Origin: Planctomycetota bacterium
Lineage (GTDB): Bacteria; Planctomycetota; UBA8108; SXIK01
NCBI GenBank assembly: GCA_965223265.1
Contig: OZ244999.1
Coordinates: forward strand, 3,264,001 to 3,328,000
Length of the DNA: 64,000 bases
Direction: 5' to 3'
In this document: one piece after another, positions 10,091-20,798 of the stretch
How positions within the stretch are numbered: position 1 is the stretch's first letter
Layout: every line of letters begins with the position of its first letter
Position numbers and translations under genes: made by a program
The notes under the pieces: generated by a model
What the model was told of the DNA's origin: nothing
Seen by the model: only the letters and a program-made list of their open reading frames with translations
Database searches by the model: none

Positions 10091-13000
10091 AGATGGACGC
10101 GCGGCGCGATCACATCGATCACATCGAAAACATCGATCACAAGCTCCGCAGTGACCTTTCTGGTCGACGCAACGGGAAACGTCGCGGCGCGGCTCTGATT
10201 ATGGTACTCGTCGTGCTGACGATCCTTCTGCTCGTCGGCGCACCGTTCGTTTCGACGATGATCGTGCAGGACCGAGAGTCGCATCATTTTTCTGCGGCGG
10301 TGAAAGCACGACTAGCGGCTGAGGGCGCACGCAACCACGCCATCGCGCGACTACACGAGACAGTCTATGCGGTGGAGTGGGAAGAGGAAATCGCCAACAC
10401 CGAGGCGGTCGACACAACGGGAAGACGCAGGCGACTCGCCGCGCGCAGCAGTTCCCCTCGGCGTGAAGAGGTGCGTGGCAATCGCGAAGGGACGCGCCGC
10501 GACCGTCGTGAGAACTCGACGCGTCGACAGCGATCTCGGCGCAACAGGAAGGCGCCAACCTCGAACGTGCCCGCGCTCCCGGAGTACTTTCGTCGTTCCA
10601 CCGCTGGACCGTCGGCGCGCGAGTTCGACGATGGCGATGAGCTTGTAACGGCTCTCCCGGCTGAGGGGGCTGCCGAACGATCGTCGCAGAATGCGCCAGG
10701 TGTTTCCGAGACCGACTCTCCGACCGGTGAGTATCGGACCGCGACGGCGAACTCCCATGCGGGCTCGGCTTCTCACCTGCCGCTGTTCGGCGATGGCGTT
10801 ACGGCAACCGTTTCCGTCAGCGATGAGCAGGCGAAGTTGAACGTCAATACAGCACCTCCGCGAGCGATCGCGTCGCTTCTCGCAGTGGGCGAACTCGCCG
10901 AGCCGCTCGAACCCGCGGACACCGAGATTGTTCTTGTTGACGGCCGCCGCTTTCGCAGCGAACCCGTACGGCGGGGAGCACCGATCCGCGACGAAAAGGT
11001 CACAGGGGAACGGCAGAAAACTTCCGCGCGGCGCGCTCGACGGCTTCGGAGTGGCCTGGCTCGCATTGCCGGTGCCGTGATTCTCGTGGACCCGGAAGTC
11101 GGGCTGGAAGCCGTCACCTACCAGCGAAGAAAGGGCGACGTGCTGGCGGACTGCTTCCGCCACGCTTTTTTTACCCGCGCGACAGTAACGAAGAAGACGT
11201 TTCCGGCTGGCACTCTGGTCTATGACGTGCGCGGTTGGAAGCTCGGCTACCATCGCTTGTGGAATGAGCCGCTTGGCGGATTTCAACCCGCTCGCCTGAC
11301 GGTTTTTCGTTCCGTCGAAGCGCTGCGCGAGATCTCTAACTGGCAGCTGGCCTCGCTGTTTCTTGGACGCTTTCTCGATCAAGGCCTGAGCGTCGAGTTC
11401 TTGCGGAAGCACGGTGTTAGCTCTGCACAGCTCGCCGCAACCGGCCTCGAACCGTTCCTTTACTCCTCTGACCCGCCGCAGCCGAGTCGAGAGGACCGAG
11501 CCCGACTGCGGATCGCTGAGAGATCTTTGAGGCGCGTTCGATTCAGCTCCGATCTCGTCTCGAAGTTGCGACAGCAGCGCGGCGTCGCGGCTGTGGTCGA
11601 ACTTGCCTCCCGCCTTGAGGGCGCCACCAGAACAGACGTGCGCCGCGAGGAGTCGGAAGTGAAGCGGAGTCTCGGTAAGACTCGGCGGGTTGTTCAGTTT
11701 GACGGGCGATACGTGAGCGACGTCATCGACAATCTTGCGGAGGTCTACGCGAGCCCGGGTGTCGAGACTCTCTTGGCGGAGGACGTTGAGCGCATCCGCC
11801 CGCATGTGACCGTCTCATCCACGCTTCCTGCCCGTTGGTCGGAACCGCAAACTGTGCAAAACTCGGGCAAAAAGGGGGCAGGAAGGCGGAACGTCCGTCT
11901 GCCGTGGGGAGGCGAGTTCAACGGCGCCACCATCGTGCGGATCAGCAGTCGGAAGGACCCTGACCGTTTCTTTTTCAACGAGGTGAGTCGCGGCGGTGTC
12001 GGCGGCATCCGACTCGCGATGCCGCTGCGCACCCGCATCGAGGAGTTCGATACGACGGTCGCGGCGTTGCAGCGCCATCCCGTCAACGTCAATGCCGCAG
12101 CACCGGCGGTTCTGCGTGCGGTTTTCACCGGAGTGAGGGGCGCTGGCGAAGACCAGGTGGTGACCCCCTACGAGGCAGATCAATTGGTGCGGCGTGTCGT
12201 CGAGTCGCGGCCACTGACGGGGCACGCGGATTTCCTGGAACTGCTCGAAGAGGCAGCAGCAGACGAGATCGTGAGCAGTGACGACGTCGCAACTCTGTTC
12301 GCAAACGCCGTGCAGCCAACTCATCACATTCTTCGAGCATCAACTGTCGGTCTGTGCTATTCCACCGGTGATGTCTACACCATCGAGTCTCGCGCCGTCG
12401 TGCGCGCAGCGATGGGTGGGCGCGTAGGAGCGGCACAATTTCGCGAGATCGTCGAACCATCACCACCTCGACGCCTGAGCGTCGGTCTTGATACACAGAG
12501 AGATTTCGCTGACGGCATCTTTCTATACGATCAAGCAGTAGGTGTACGTATTGGAGAGAACCATCGTACGCACCTGATCGGTTTTCCTGGTGTGCGATCG
12601 CATCTCGTGCAGACGAGGCCTTTGCTTCTCCATCGCGCGCCGCGCTCTATTCCGGGAGGTGATCGGAGCGGACTTCGGTTGTTCCCGGCTTCAGCTTCCT
12701 TACCGCGGGGTGAAGTTGTCGGTGACGTTCTCCGTTTCGACGATACCCACGAAGGAATCGAGCTCGCACATGGCGAATCGTACCTCCTTGACTTTAGCCT
12801 TGGCGGAGGTGATGACGGTGAATTGATCGACCTCACAACGATTCCGGCGGCTGTGGAGTTTTGGTTTCGACTGCGAACGTTCCCCACGGCGCGTAGTCCC
12901 GACGGGCTTCTTGTTCTACTGCAAGGTGGCGCCGTGGGTGATGAGGGGCGCAATCGCATGCGTCTACTGTTCGATCCGTCCCGCTCCCTGGTGCTTCTAC

Positions 13001-16000
13001 GCCTTTGGGATGCGACTCTATTCGACCCGTCCATTCCCAACGACGACGTTTTAGGGCAGTATTTGGAGATCCGGGCACCGCGATCGATTGACCTCGCGAC
13101 GTGGTACCACGTTCGCGCCGTGTGGGATTCTGTCGCGCCTGGCGGCGCCCAGCTTTTTATCGATGGGGTCAGTTCCGGGACGACGAATCTCACCACCCGG
13201 CTGGCGCGTGCGCTGGCCCTGGATGGAGGCGGGGGTGGAGGGGCGTTCACCGTTGAAGATGGTGAGCGATTGCCGCGTGAGGGCGTGGTGCGAATTGGAT
13301 CGGAGCTTGTGGAGTATCGGCGCAGTGGGAATCAATTCGCCGTGCGCGTGCAGCCGGCGTCCTCGTGGCGACCGCCCGCACGGAAGCTTCGCGAGTTCCG
13401 TGAAGCTGGCGAAGTGCCCACTGACGACAGAGACGAGGACGCCGTCGGCGCAGCCAAGACTCGTGATGCACTGCCCGGCGTCGCTGCGTTGGGGGTCGCA
13501 GCGGCAGCGGCTGTGACGTCTCCGACCCAACCGATGCTCATGAGAGGTTCAGCGAATGGGCGCGGCACCATCGGCAGCGAACATCCGATCGGCAGCCAGG
13601 TGGCGCTGCATGGCTATTCGCTTCCGCTGGCGCCGTTGGCTTCTTTGCCGTCGACGCAGGGAGTCGTGCCACGTCTCAGCGCCAACTCCATCGCGGTTGG
13701 CCGCGGTGGACGCCGAACAGCAGACATTCTGCCCGCTTACGTGATTCCACAAGGCGACTACGATCTCTCCAATCTTCACATCTCCCGGGCGGACATCCCC
13801 GGAGAATTTTACATCGTGCCGCTTTTTTGGCGCGACACTGTTGAAGTGAGAGCGGGCGTTTCGAGCGTCGCGTTTCCAGCGCTCAAGGCGGCGGATTTTT
13901 TTCAGTCAAGTGGCATCTGCGCCTACGGCGGTTTCGAGTTCTTCTACGTCAAGGCAGCCGTGCCGCCCACTTACATCCGCGAATTGCGCAATCATCCTCT
14001 CGCGATCGACGTCGACAGCGGCGCGATTGACGGCTTGAAGGTTGTCGGTGTCTATACCCGTGATAGTGCTTCGGCCACTTCTGTCGACGAAGCGCGTGAG
14101 CTTTTGGACGAAGTGCAAGGCGTTGGTTTCCGTCTGCTGTATCCACTCACCCAGCTCTCTCTCGCCGTCGATGGCCCGATCGCCGAGCTCTACCCGCAGT
14201 CAGGCGTGCTCCAGGTTCGAGGCCGACCGGCTGAGTGGGATATCAGCGGCGGCGCGGGACCGCGTCCGAGTCTTCTCGGGCAGTCGATCTTCGACCATCA
14301 TCCAGACGATGTGGTCGAGTGGATCCGCTACACCCATGTCGTCGACGCGAGTGTCGGCGGGCAGCCGTTTCATCTCTTCGTGGCGCCGCCGACTTCGACC
14401 TCCCGTGAGGGCGGCAGAGATTTGCCGTTTCGCGGTTTCGAATCCGACCCGCTGCAGAGACGGACGTTGACCCTACCGATCGGTGAGGCTGTGACACAAG
14501 TCCTGGCGCTGGATGGGGCCGGTGCCGGCTACGGAGACTACGTCACACTCGTCGGCAACGATCCCACCAAGGTAGAGCCGCAAACGCTACGGATTCATAC
14601 GGTCCGGGAGCATCGCTCCGGGCTCTTTTTTGCGTCACTGGTCGCCGTCGACGGCAGCGGACGTGAGGTCTCAGGATCACGCGCGTCGCTCCGACACACC
14701 TACAGGATCGAAGACGAGGTGCGGATTGAAAAGTTCCCCAGCGGGCGCCTACCGGAACACGGGGTTGGCAAAGCTGTCTTTTTCGGCGGACTCGACGTCG
14801 CCGCCAGCCGCACATCTGTTACGCAAGACGGCGCACCGGCGCAGCAGAGCGAGTACCGTGACGAAACTCGTGGAACGGTGCTCGACGAGATCATTCGACT
14901 ACGTAATAGCGATGCTTTTACGACGCTCTCCGGGCAGCGTATGTCGACATCTGGCTTCGCCCTCGTACCACTGCGAGACGGTAACATCATCTTGCGGCAA
15001 AGCGGGGATCGGCATCACATCGCCGGGACGATCTCTGCCGACGAGGAGATCTCGGTGTCCAATCCGCTCGAAGTCATGTTGGTGGGGACGGAGAGCATTC
15101 TCTTTCCGTTCGCGCGCGGACGCCAAGAAGGTGTTTTGCGCGTCGGAGACGAGCTTTTCTACTTCGAAGCGGATGAGGCTGCTGAGTTGGCCTCGGCGAC
15201 GACCAACAACCCAAAACCTCGCAGCGCGAGCCGCGGTGAATGGCGTCAGCCGCTTCTTCGGCAGTCAGGCAATGAGCGCATTCAGGCCACCGTTCAGCGC
15301 GGCTTCCCGCGACGAGGCTTCGCGTCTCTCAGTGACGGATTGGGGCGCAGCGAAGTGTTCTACTACGGTGGACGATCGAGCAGTGGGTTTCGTCGCGTAC
15401 TCCGTGGACAGTTAGGTACCTCAGTTTTGGGTCGGTACGGCTCTCTGCGGCAGCAACACCCCATCCGCGGTGCCTCGCGACAAGTTCGACTGATCGGTCG
15501 TGGGCTTCTCGGCACGACGAGAGAAACCCATAGCGTCGGAGACCCCGTATACTCGGTGCCTTACTTGACGGGATCGCCGTTGGCCGGCCCGTTGACGGAA
15601 ACGGGAATCCCGGTCACAAACAGTGCCGTGTTTCGCTCGCCGGGGTACATTCTCGTCGATTCCGGACGGCCGTCGACGCCGTGGGAGATTATCGCCCACC
15701 TGGGTCCCTTCGGTGAGGGGATGTTACGCAGGCCACGTAGCGACGACGGACGCGGAATCCTTCGCGCGGCGTTCGGAACGCAGCCGCAGCCTGTCGGTCG
15801 TGGAACCTTCGCGTGGACACTTCCCTATCGCCATCCGGATCGATATCAGCCCGAGACCGCGAGCGAATCTCTGGCCTACTTTCAGAAGACTTTTCGAGTT
15901 TCTGGTGCGCGCTGGCGGGCTCTCGAGTGGACGCTGCGGCCGTGGTTCGGCGGTCGGGATCGCCGCGTCGATGTCGTCGCGCTTGTCCGGTTCGACGACG

Positions 16001-16281
16001 AGTCCAGTTGGGACGCAAAACCAACCAACAAGCCGGGTGGACTTTACTTCTTCGAAGTGGCCGATCGCAGACGAGGTGCGGACAAACCGGCACGGTTCGA
16101 ACTCGACCGCGAAGCCGACGAAGTCCACGTGCGTTTCTACTTTCGTTATCTCTCTGGTGCGTTCTCGCGAACCGGAGAAACCATCACAGATGACTGGAAA
16201 GAGACGCCAGTAATCGAGCGCGTGAACCTGGAGTACGAAAAAGGTGATGTGATCGTGCGTCACGAGGAGTTGCCGTTTTGA
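10087..16281 (+). CDS. Giant GspK/PilX-like pseudopilin with LamG domain and repeated beta modules
   Basis: RRG|AALIMVLVVL, ARLAAEGA, DEQAKLNVNTAP and PVNVNAAAPAVL are GspK hallmarks. LamG-like VEFWFR...WYHVRAVW. GTGA overlap with the upstream stop. Confidence 0.75.
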   Translation: MKMDARRDHIDHIENIDHKLRSDLSGRRNGKRRGAALIMVLVVLTILLLVGAPFVSTMIVQDRESHHFSAAVKARLAAEGARNHAIARLHETVYAVEWEEEIANTEAVDTTGRRRRLAARSSSPRREEVRGNREGTRRDRRENSTRRQRSRRNRKAPTSNVPALPEYFRRSTAGPSAREFDDGDELVTALPAEGAAERSSQNAPGVSETDSPTGEYRTATANSHAGSASHLPLFGDGVTATVSVSDEQAKLNVNTAPPRAIASLLAVGELAEPLEPADTEIVLVDGRRFRSEPVRRGAPIRDEKVTGERQKTSARRARRLRSGLARIAGAVILVDPEVGLEAVTYQRRKGDVLADCFRHAFFTRATVTKKTFPAGTLVYDVRGWKLGYHRLWNEPLGGFQPARLTVFRSVEALREISNWQLASLFLGRFLDQGLSVEFLRKHGVSSAQLAATGLEPFLYSSDPPQPSREDRARLRIAERSLRRVRFSSDLVSKLRQQRGVAAVVELASRLEGATRTDVRREESEVKRSLGKTRRVVQFDGRYVSDVIDNLAEVYASPGVETLLAEDVERIRPHVTVSSTLPARWSEPQTVQNSGKKGAGRRNVRLPWGGEFNGATIVRISSRKDPDRFFFNEVSRGGVGGIRLAMPLRTRIEEFDTTVAALQRHPVNVNAAAPAVLRAVFTGVRGAGEDQVVTPYEADQLVRRVVESRPLTGHADFLELLEEAAADEIVSSDDVATLFANAVQPTHHILRASTVGLCYSTGDVYTIESRAVVRAAMGGRVGAAQFREIVEPSPPRRLSVGLDTQRDFADGIFLYDQAVGVRIGENHRTHLIGFPGVRSHLVQTRPLLLHRAPRSIPGGDRSGLRLFPASASLPRGEVVGDVLRFDDTHEGIELAHGESYLLDFSLGGGDDGELIDLTTIPAAVEFWFRLRTFPTARSPDGLLVLLQGGAVGDEGRNRMRLLFDPSRSLVLLRLWDATLFDPSIPNDDVLGQYLEIRAPRSIDLATWYHVRAVWDSVAPGGAQLFIDGVSSGTTNLTTRLARALALDGGGGGGAFTVEDGERLPREGVVRIGSELVEYRRSGNQFAVRVQPASSWRPPARKLREFREAGEVPTDDRDEDAVGAAKTRDALPGVAALGVAAAAAVTSPTQPMLMRGSANGRGTIGSEHPIGSQVALHGYSLPLAPLASLPSTQGVVPRLSANSIAVGRGGRRTADILPAYVIPQGDYDLSNLHISRADIPGEFYIVPLFWRDTVEVRAGVSSVAFPALKAADFFQSSGICAYGGFEFFYVKAAVPPTYIRELRNHPLAIDVDSGAIDGLKVVGVYTRDSASATSVDEARELLDEVQGVGFRLLYPLTQLSLAVDGPIAELYPQSGVLQVRGRPAEWDISGGAGPRPSLLGQSIFDHHPDDVVEWIRYTHVVDASVGGQPFHLFVAPPTSTSREGGRDLPFRGFESDPLQRRTLTLPIGEAVTQVLALDGAGAGYGDYVTLVGNDPTKVEPQTLRIHTVREHRSGLFFASLVAVDGSGREVSGSRASLRHTYRIEDEVRIEKFPSGRLPEHGVGKAVFFGGLDVAASRTSVTQDGAPAQQSEYRDETRGTVLDEIIRLRNSDAFTTLSGQRMSTSGFALVPLRDGNIILRQSGDRHHIAGTISADEEISVSNPLEVMLVGTESILFPFARGRQEGVLRVGDELFYFEADEAAELASATTNNPKPRSASRGEWRQPLLRQSGNERIQATVQRGFPRRGFASLSDGLGRSEVFYYGGRSSSGFRRVLRGQLGTSVLGRYGSLRQQHPIRGASRQVRLIGRGLLGTTRETHSVGDPVYSVPYLTGSPLAGPLTETGIPVTNSAVFRSPGYILVDSGRPSTPWEIIAHLGPFGEGMLRRPRSDDGRGILRAAFGTQPQPVGRGTFAWTLPYRHPDRYQPETASESLAYFQKTFRVSGARWRALEWTLRPWFGGRDRRVDVVALVRFDDESSWDAKPTNKPGGLYFFEVADRRRGADKPARFELDREADEVHVRFYFRYLSGAFSRTGETITDDWKETPVIERVNLEYEKGDVIVRHEELPF

Positions 16282-17594
16282 GCCTGCAAGTACACCGAGC
16301 CCGGTTACTTCGCACCGCAGAAGGCCGCCGCGGCTATACATTGATCGAGATGATGGTCGCGATCGGGTTGTTGGCGTTTTTCGGTAGCGGCCTGGTTGTT
16401 CTGCTGCGCCAATCGACTTCGCTGTGGCGATCCGCGGAGACCCGAGGACAAGCCTACGAGCAAGCGAGATCGCTGCTTGATCTCATTGCTTCGGATCTCC
16501 GCTCGGCCGTTGTGCGGGGGGGCGATGCGTATGACGACTCCTGGGTGCGGTTTGTCCTCGACAATGGAGTGAACGGGCAGACCCGACTGCGCTTCGTGCG
16601 CGCCATCGATGCAGAATTGAGTCAGCCGGGATTGCGTTACGCTGGGGAAATGGTCTCGACACGAGCTGCGGAGACGTTTCGTGGATACGTCAGAAAACTT
16701 CCGAAGGAACATGAAAAAGCGTCACGCTTGCGGTCTCCTTCCGGACTCATGGAGGTGTGTTATCTCACAGATCCGCGCTCCGATGTGCACGCGCTTTGGC
16801 GCGGCGTGAGAGCACCTATCGGCGGGCGCGACTCATTCTTCTTCGACGCCAACATTGAGAGTCCATCAACGAACAGGTCGGAACTGCGACGTCGCGGAAC
16901 GTCGCGGGACGTCACATCAGACACGTCGTCAGGGGCGCCAGAGAGTTCTGCTGTGAACAGAACTGCGTCACCGAGCGGAGCGCAAGACGAAAGCGTCGAT
17001 CCGGACCTTAGCAGTTTCGCTGCAGCGATTGCGGAGCACGTTTTGTACCTGGGCTTTCGCTGCGGCAACAGCACCACCACGGGGTGGCACGATGCACCAA
17101 CGAATTCACCGCCGACCGCACCTTCGGCCGTCTGGAACGCACATGCGAAGACCCGCGCGCGAACGCGTGGTGCTACAGATCGCAGAAGTGAAAGCGAAGA
17201 GAGTGCACCCCAGCATCGATTCCCGCAAGTTGTGGAAGTCACCGTCGTGATTGGCGAGCCCGAACAAACGCTTGGTCCTCGGCTCGCCAAGGCCCTCAGC
17301 ACGACCGATGTGGAGATTGAGCTCACGCGTCCTCTGCAACGATCCGACGACCGCGGTGATCCTTTCGTTCGTATCGGCAGTGAGTGGATTGCAGTCGAAG
17401 AGTTTCGTGGCAGCCGCCTGTTGATCGCAAGCGGCGGCCGCGGTGCACGGAAAACGGACGCCACCGATCACCCGCGCGGCGCGAGCGTGCATGCCGGGCG
17501 TCGCTTCAGGCGGTTCGTGTCGATCCCCGCAGCAAAGGGTCGATCCGTCGCAGAAGGCGAGGCGACACGACCAACCAGCGGGAGAAACAGATGA
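16278..17594 (+). CDS. GspJ/PilW-like minor pseudopilin
   Basis: RRG|YTLIEMMVAIG, LIASDLRSA, and FPQVVEVTVV near the C-terminus. Confidence 0.75.
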   Translation: MSLQVHRARLLRTAEGRRGYTLIEMMVAIGLLAFFGSGLVVLLRQSTSLWRSAETRGQAYEQARSLLDLIASDLRSAVVRGGDAYDDSWVRFVLDNGVNGQTRLRFVRAIDAELSQPGLRYAGEMVSTRAAETFRGYVRKLPKEHEKASRLRSPSGLMEVCYLTDPRSDVHALWRGVRAPIGGRDSFFFDANIESPSTNRSELRRRGTSRDVTSDTSSGAPESSAVNRTASPSGAQDESVDPDLSSFAAAIAEHVLYLGFRCGNSTTTGWHDAPTNSPPTAPSAVWNAHAKTRARTRGATDRRSESEESAPQHRFPQVVEVTVVIGEPEQTLGPRLAKALSTTDVEIELTRPLQRSDDRGDPFVRIGSEWIAVEEFRGSRLLIASGGRGARKTDATDHPRGASVHAGRRFRRFVSIPAAKGRSVAEGEATRPTSGRNR

Positions 17595-18094
17595 GGCTCC
17601 CGGAGCTCTGGCGCGCGGCGGCGAGTCCTCTGACGTCCACGACGGACGCGGAGTGGATTCACTCTAGCCCTTACGCCATGAAGGTCCCATGCCGTCGTCG
17701 CGACGCGAATGCCGGTTTCTCGCTGACCGAAATCCTCATCGCGCTGTTGATTTTGGCGCTAGGCGCGGGCGGAGTGATCTCACTCTTCGTCAGCGCCTCG
17801 TCACTACACAGACGAGCTGTCGATCGTACTCATGCTGCACTGGTCGCCGAGGAAGTGGCTGAGACCGCACGTCTTGCCTTCACTCCGGAGACGAAACCGA
17901 ATGAGCTGATCGAGCGCGTGCGTGCGCGTTTGCCGCAGGTCATCGACACCTACACGTACGAGATCGAGGCGACGCCACTCGTTGGCGATGGCTGGGGAGA
18001 GGGGGAGGTCAGACTGCGCGTCGTCGTGCGCCGCGAAGGCAGTAGCGACGCGCGAGCCGAAACTTTCTCGACGATCCTGCTGCCGCGGTGGTAG
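17591..18094 (+). CDS. GspI/PilV-like minor pseudopilin (alternative ATG 17678)
   Basis: G|FSLTEILIALLIL motif; short protein; ATGA overlap. Confidence 0.75.
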   Translation: MRLPELWRAAASPLTSTTDAEWIHSSPYAMKVPCRRRDANAGFSLTEILIALLILALGAGGVISLFVSASSLHRRAVDRTHAALVAEEVAETARLAFTPETKPNELIERVRARLPQVIDTYTYEIEATPLVGDGWGEGEVRLRVVVRREGSSDARAETFSTILLPRW

Positions 18095-18199
18095 GGTCCA
18101 TGTGACTGTGAATCTGTGCGTTCCTGCGGTGACAAGGCCGCTTTTGTTTCGGCGAGGTGAACGCCGGAGCGGTGGTCGAATACAGGATCGGAGAGTGTT

Positions 18200-19513
18200 G
18201 TGACCTGCCAGCGACTGTTTGTTGTTCTGTTGATCTCCGTTGGCGCGACGACTTCATCCGCGCCGGCAGAGGAAAAACCACGCGAAAGAGCTGACCAGAT
18301 CCACAGTGTCTACGGGTCTGATAGCAACGATGCGTGGAATCGAATCTTTCGCGCACTCTTCACACGATCTATCGACGCGCGGCTTGCCACCGAACTTGAT
18401 TCGAGCGAGCCGGCAGCTACGGTCGAGTTAGACGCGGCTTTCGAAGTCTCTGTCAGTCAACGGACCTTCGAGCGTGTTGAGTTCGGTGATCGAGCCATTG
18501 AGCCGTTTTACGACGGCAGGAGACTTTTTTTTCACGCTGCGGCAGCGGTGGAGGACCCTCTATTTACCGAGCTGAGGACCGCTCTCGAGTTGGCGCTTGC
18601 AGAGACAGCAACGAGGCCAGCACGTGCGAGATTGATCATGCAGTCTGACGTTTGGGCCGCGTTCGACCGGATTCACGAGTGGAAGCCGCGTCGCACAGCT
18701 ACGGATAATTCGAAGATAGAGCGGCGCGAACAACTGCTTTCTCTGTGCGCGCGACTAGTGAGAAAACTCGCGTTGACGGAAGATGAAATCGAACGGATTT
18801 CAGCCAACTACCCGGACGATGGGACGCTCGACGGGCTTCCCGATCTCTTCGGCCCTCACTCCACATGGATCGAAGTCCAGTGGCAACCAGATTTAACTCA
18901 CGAGAGCGCTGTGCACCATCGACGTGTCGCGAGACTCTTTTTAAAAGCGCTCTCCAGGCCAGACGATCCGGCGCTTTTTCTACGACGGTTCGTCACACTT
19001 CCGTTGAATGACAAGCCGCAGGCGCTCGAGGCCGCAGCGCTGGTGATACAGAATCTGGCGGTCAGCCGAGAGATGCGCGTCGTGGCGACGAATTTGACGT
19101 TTGACGTACAAGTGCGGCAGTTCGTAAGGTCTCCCGGCAACGCCATTGAAAGCGTGAGGGTATCGCAACACGAGTTATCCAGGAGGGAGCTGCTCAGCGT
19201 CGTCGGCTCCTCCGGGCTCCATCCACTCCGCGGCGACGATCCCGCGTATCTGGCGTTCAGCGGCAACGATTTTTCTTTCGCGTCGCCAGTGGACCGCGGC
19301 CCCCCGATCCTTGCATCACTCGCACGCCGCTGCGAAAGTTGTCACGGTGTTCCAGCGTTGACTTTGCTTTCATTCGGGTTTGAGTTCGAGCCTGGACGTT
19401 CACCACCAGTGATCCAACTCGATCGGTCGAAGAAGAGTCGCTCCAGGTCTGTCGCGAAGCGAAAAGTCGCACGCGACGACTGGAAGGATCTACTGCGCTT
19501 GGCGACCCCCTGA
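18200..19513 (+). CDS. Secreted hypothetical protein with one CXXCH (possible c-type heme)
   Basis: Signal-peptide-like N-terminus; CESCH near the C-terminus. Confidence 0.55.
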   Translation: MTCQRLFVVLLISVGATTSSAPAEEKPRERADQIHSVYGSDSNDAWNRIFRALFTRSIDARLATELDSSEPAATVELDAAFEVSVSQRTFERVEFGDRAIEPFYDGRRLFFHAAAAVEDPLFTELRTALELALAETATRPARARLIMQSDVWAAFDRIHEWKPRRTATDNSKIERREQLLSLCARLVRKLALTEDEIERISANYPDDGTLDGLPDLFGPHSTWIEVQWQPDLTHESAVHHRRVARLFLKALSRPDDPALFLRRFVTLPLNDKPQALEAAALVIQNLAVSREMRVVATNLTFDVQVRQFVRSPGNAIESVRVSQHELSRRELLSVVGSSGLHPLRGDDPAYLAFSGNDFSFASPVDRGPPILASLARRCESCHGVPALTLLSFGFEFEPGRSPPVIQLDRSKKSRSRSVAKRKVARDDWKDLLRLATP

Positions 19514-19558
19514 GCACGCGCGCCCGCTTGAAGATCGGCGGGATTCGTCCAGACTCCG

Positions 19559-20722
19559 TCACCGTCCGCGCCGTGAAACTTCCCTCTTTGGCTGGGCTAC
19601 GCGACCGTAGCGAGAAACGAAGAGCTCGAGGAGGTCGCGCGGATCGGCGCCTCGCTTCATGGCGCGATCGAGTTCATAGAGCGCTCGAAACAGCGTCGAG
19701 AGTCGCGACGGCGACACGGTTTGCAGCTGGCGTTCGAATCGTGGTAGGAACGGGCGCTGGACGAGGCCAGCCTTGATCCAATCGTCCGAGCCGGCTCCTC
19801 CGTGACGCATGGCGTGCGCGCGGCGAAGCGATCGTAGACGAGGGATGAGAGAGCCGACGAAGATCAAAAGAATGCCCGCCGCATCCGTCGTCCTTGTGGC
19901 ACGCTGTTGTGACGCGAAGCCTTTACGAAAGAGATCTCTCGCTTCCGTGAGGGCGCCGTGGCATTCGCCCTCGAGAAAGAGGTCGACCAGACGAAAGACG
20001 CTGTTGTCGCGCGAGTCTGTGACGAGATTCTTGATGGCTTCGAAGGTGATTTCGCTCGTTTGTCTGCCAGCGGCCCACGTCGCCAGTTTTTCGAGCTCCT
20101 CGTCGAGGATGGCAAGGTCGCAGCCGACGCTTTCGTGCAGGGCGAATGCAGTTTCGAGGTCGAGACGTAGTTTCTTGCTCTTGGCCTGGCGCACGACCCA
20201 GTGAGAGAGCTCGCTGTCCCAAGTGGGTGTGCGCGTGTCCCAGGGAGGGGGGCGATCATAGGGCTGGCGACACTCGATCACCCAACCCTTTGTGGCGAGA
20301 GTTTTCGAGAACTTCAGTCTGCCGTCGAGTTTGCCATCGACGATGGCAACGAAGTGTCCACCGGAAAAGCCGCTATCGAGATACGGCGTGAGGATCTGGC
20401 CATGGGCGCGCAGAAACCACTCCGCGGGATCGACGATGACGATACGGTAGGGTGAGAAAAAGCTCGGCGTGCGCAGCTCGTCGAGAACTCGCGAGACCGG
20501 GAGACTCTCGATCTGGGCTTCGCCTGTTGGGCCGTCGAAGCGGGTGACGACTGGTTCGTCGCCGCCAAAGCGTTCTTGAACAAAGCGCTTGAGGAAGAGG
20601 TCCTTGAGAAATCTGGCGTCGCCTGTCAGCGCGACAACGCCGGGTAGCGTGTCCCACTTCTTCCCCATGATCGAGTCGAAGCTCTTCGGCCCATTCGCGG
20701 CGCTGCGACCGGCACGAATCAT
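19559..20722 (-). CDS. holA: DNA polymerase III delta subunit
   Basis: LDELRTPSFFSPYRIVIV, KLDGRLKF, ELEKL, SVFRLVD and LYELDRAMKRG motifs. Confidence 0.85.
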   Translation of the reverse strand: MIRAGRSAANGPKSFDSIMGKKWDTLPGVVALTGDARFLKDLFLKRFVQERFGGDEPVVTRFDGPTGEAQIESLPVSRVLDELRTPSFFSPYRIVIVDPAEWFLRAHGQILTPYLDSGFSGGHFVAIVDGKLDGRLKFSKTLATKGWVIECRQPYDRPPPWDTRTPTWDSELSHWVVRQAKSKKLRLDLETAFALHESVGCDLAILDEELEKLATWAAGRQTSEITFEAIKNLVTDSRDNSVFRLVDLFLEGECHGALTEARDLFRKGFASQQRATRTTDAAGILLIFVGSLIPRLRSLRRAHAMRHGGAGSDDWIKAGLVQRPFLPRFERQLQTVSPSRLSTLFRALYELDRAMKRGADPRDLLELFVSRYGRVAQPKREVSRRGR

Positions 20723-20798
20723 GATGGCCGGCGTAGGTGCAAGGTGTCGAGGGTGACTGGAAACGCGTCGTCCTGATGTGAGTTCGGCTGGAGGTGCA

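Noticed and set aside
10351-11805. 484-aa minus-strand ORF and similar long antisense ORFs (34385-35419, 37532-38440, 46323-47279, 55900-56835)
   Set aside because: Shadows of well-supported genes on the opposite strand in GC-rich DNA; no motifs.
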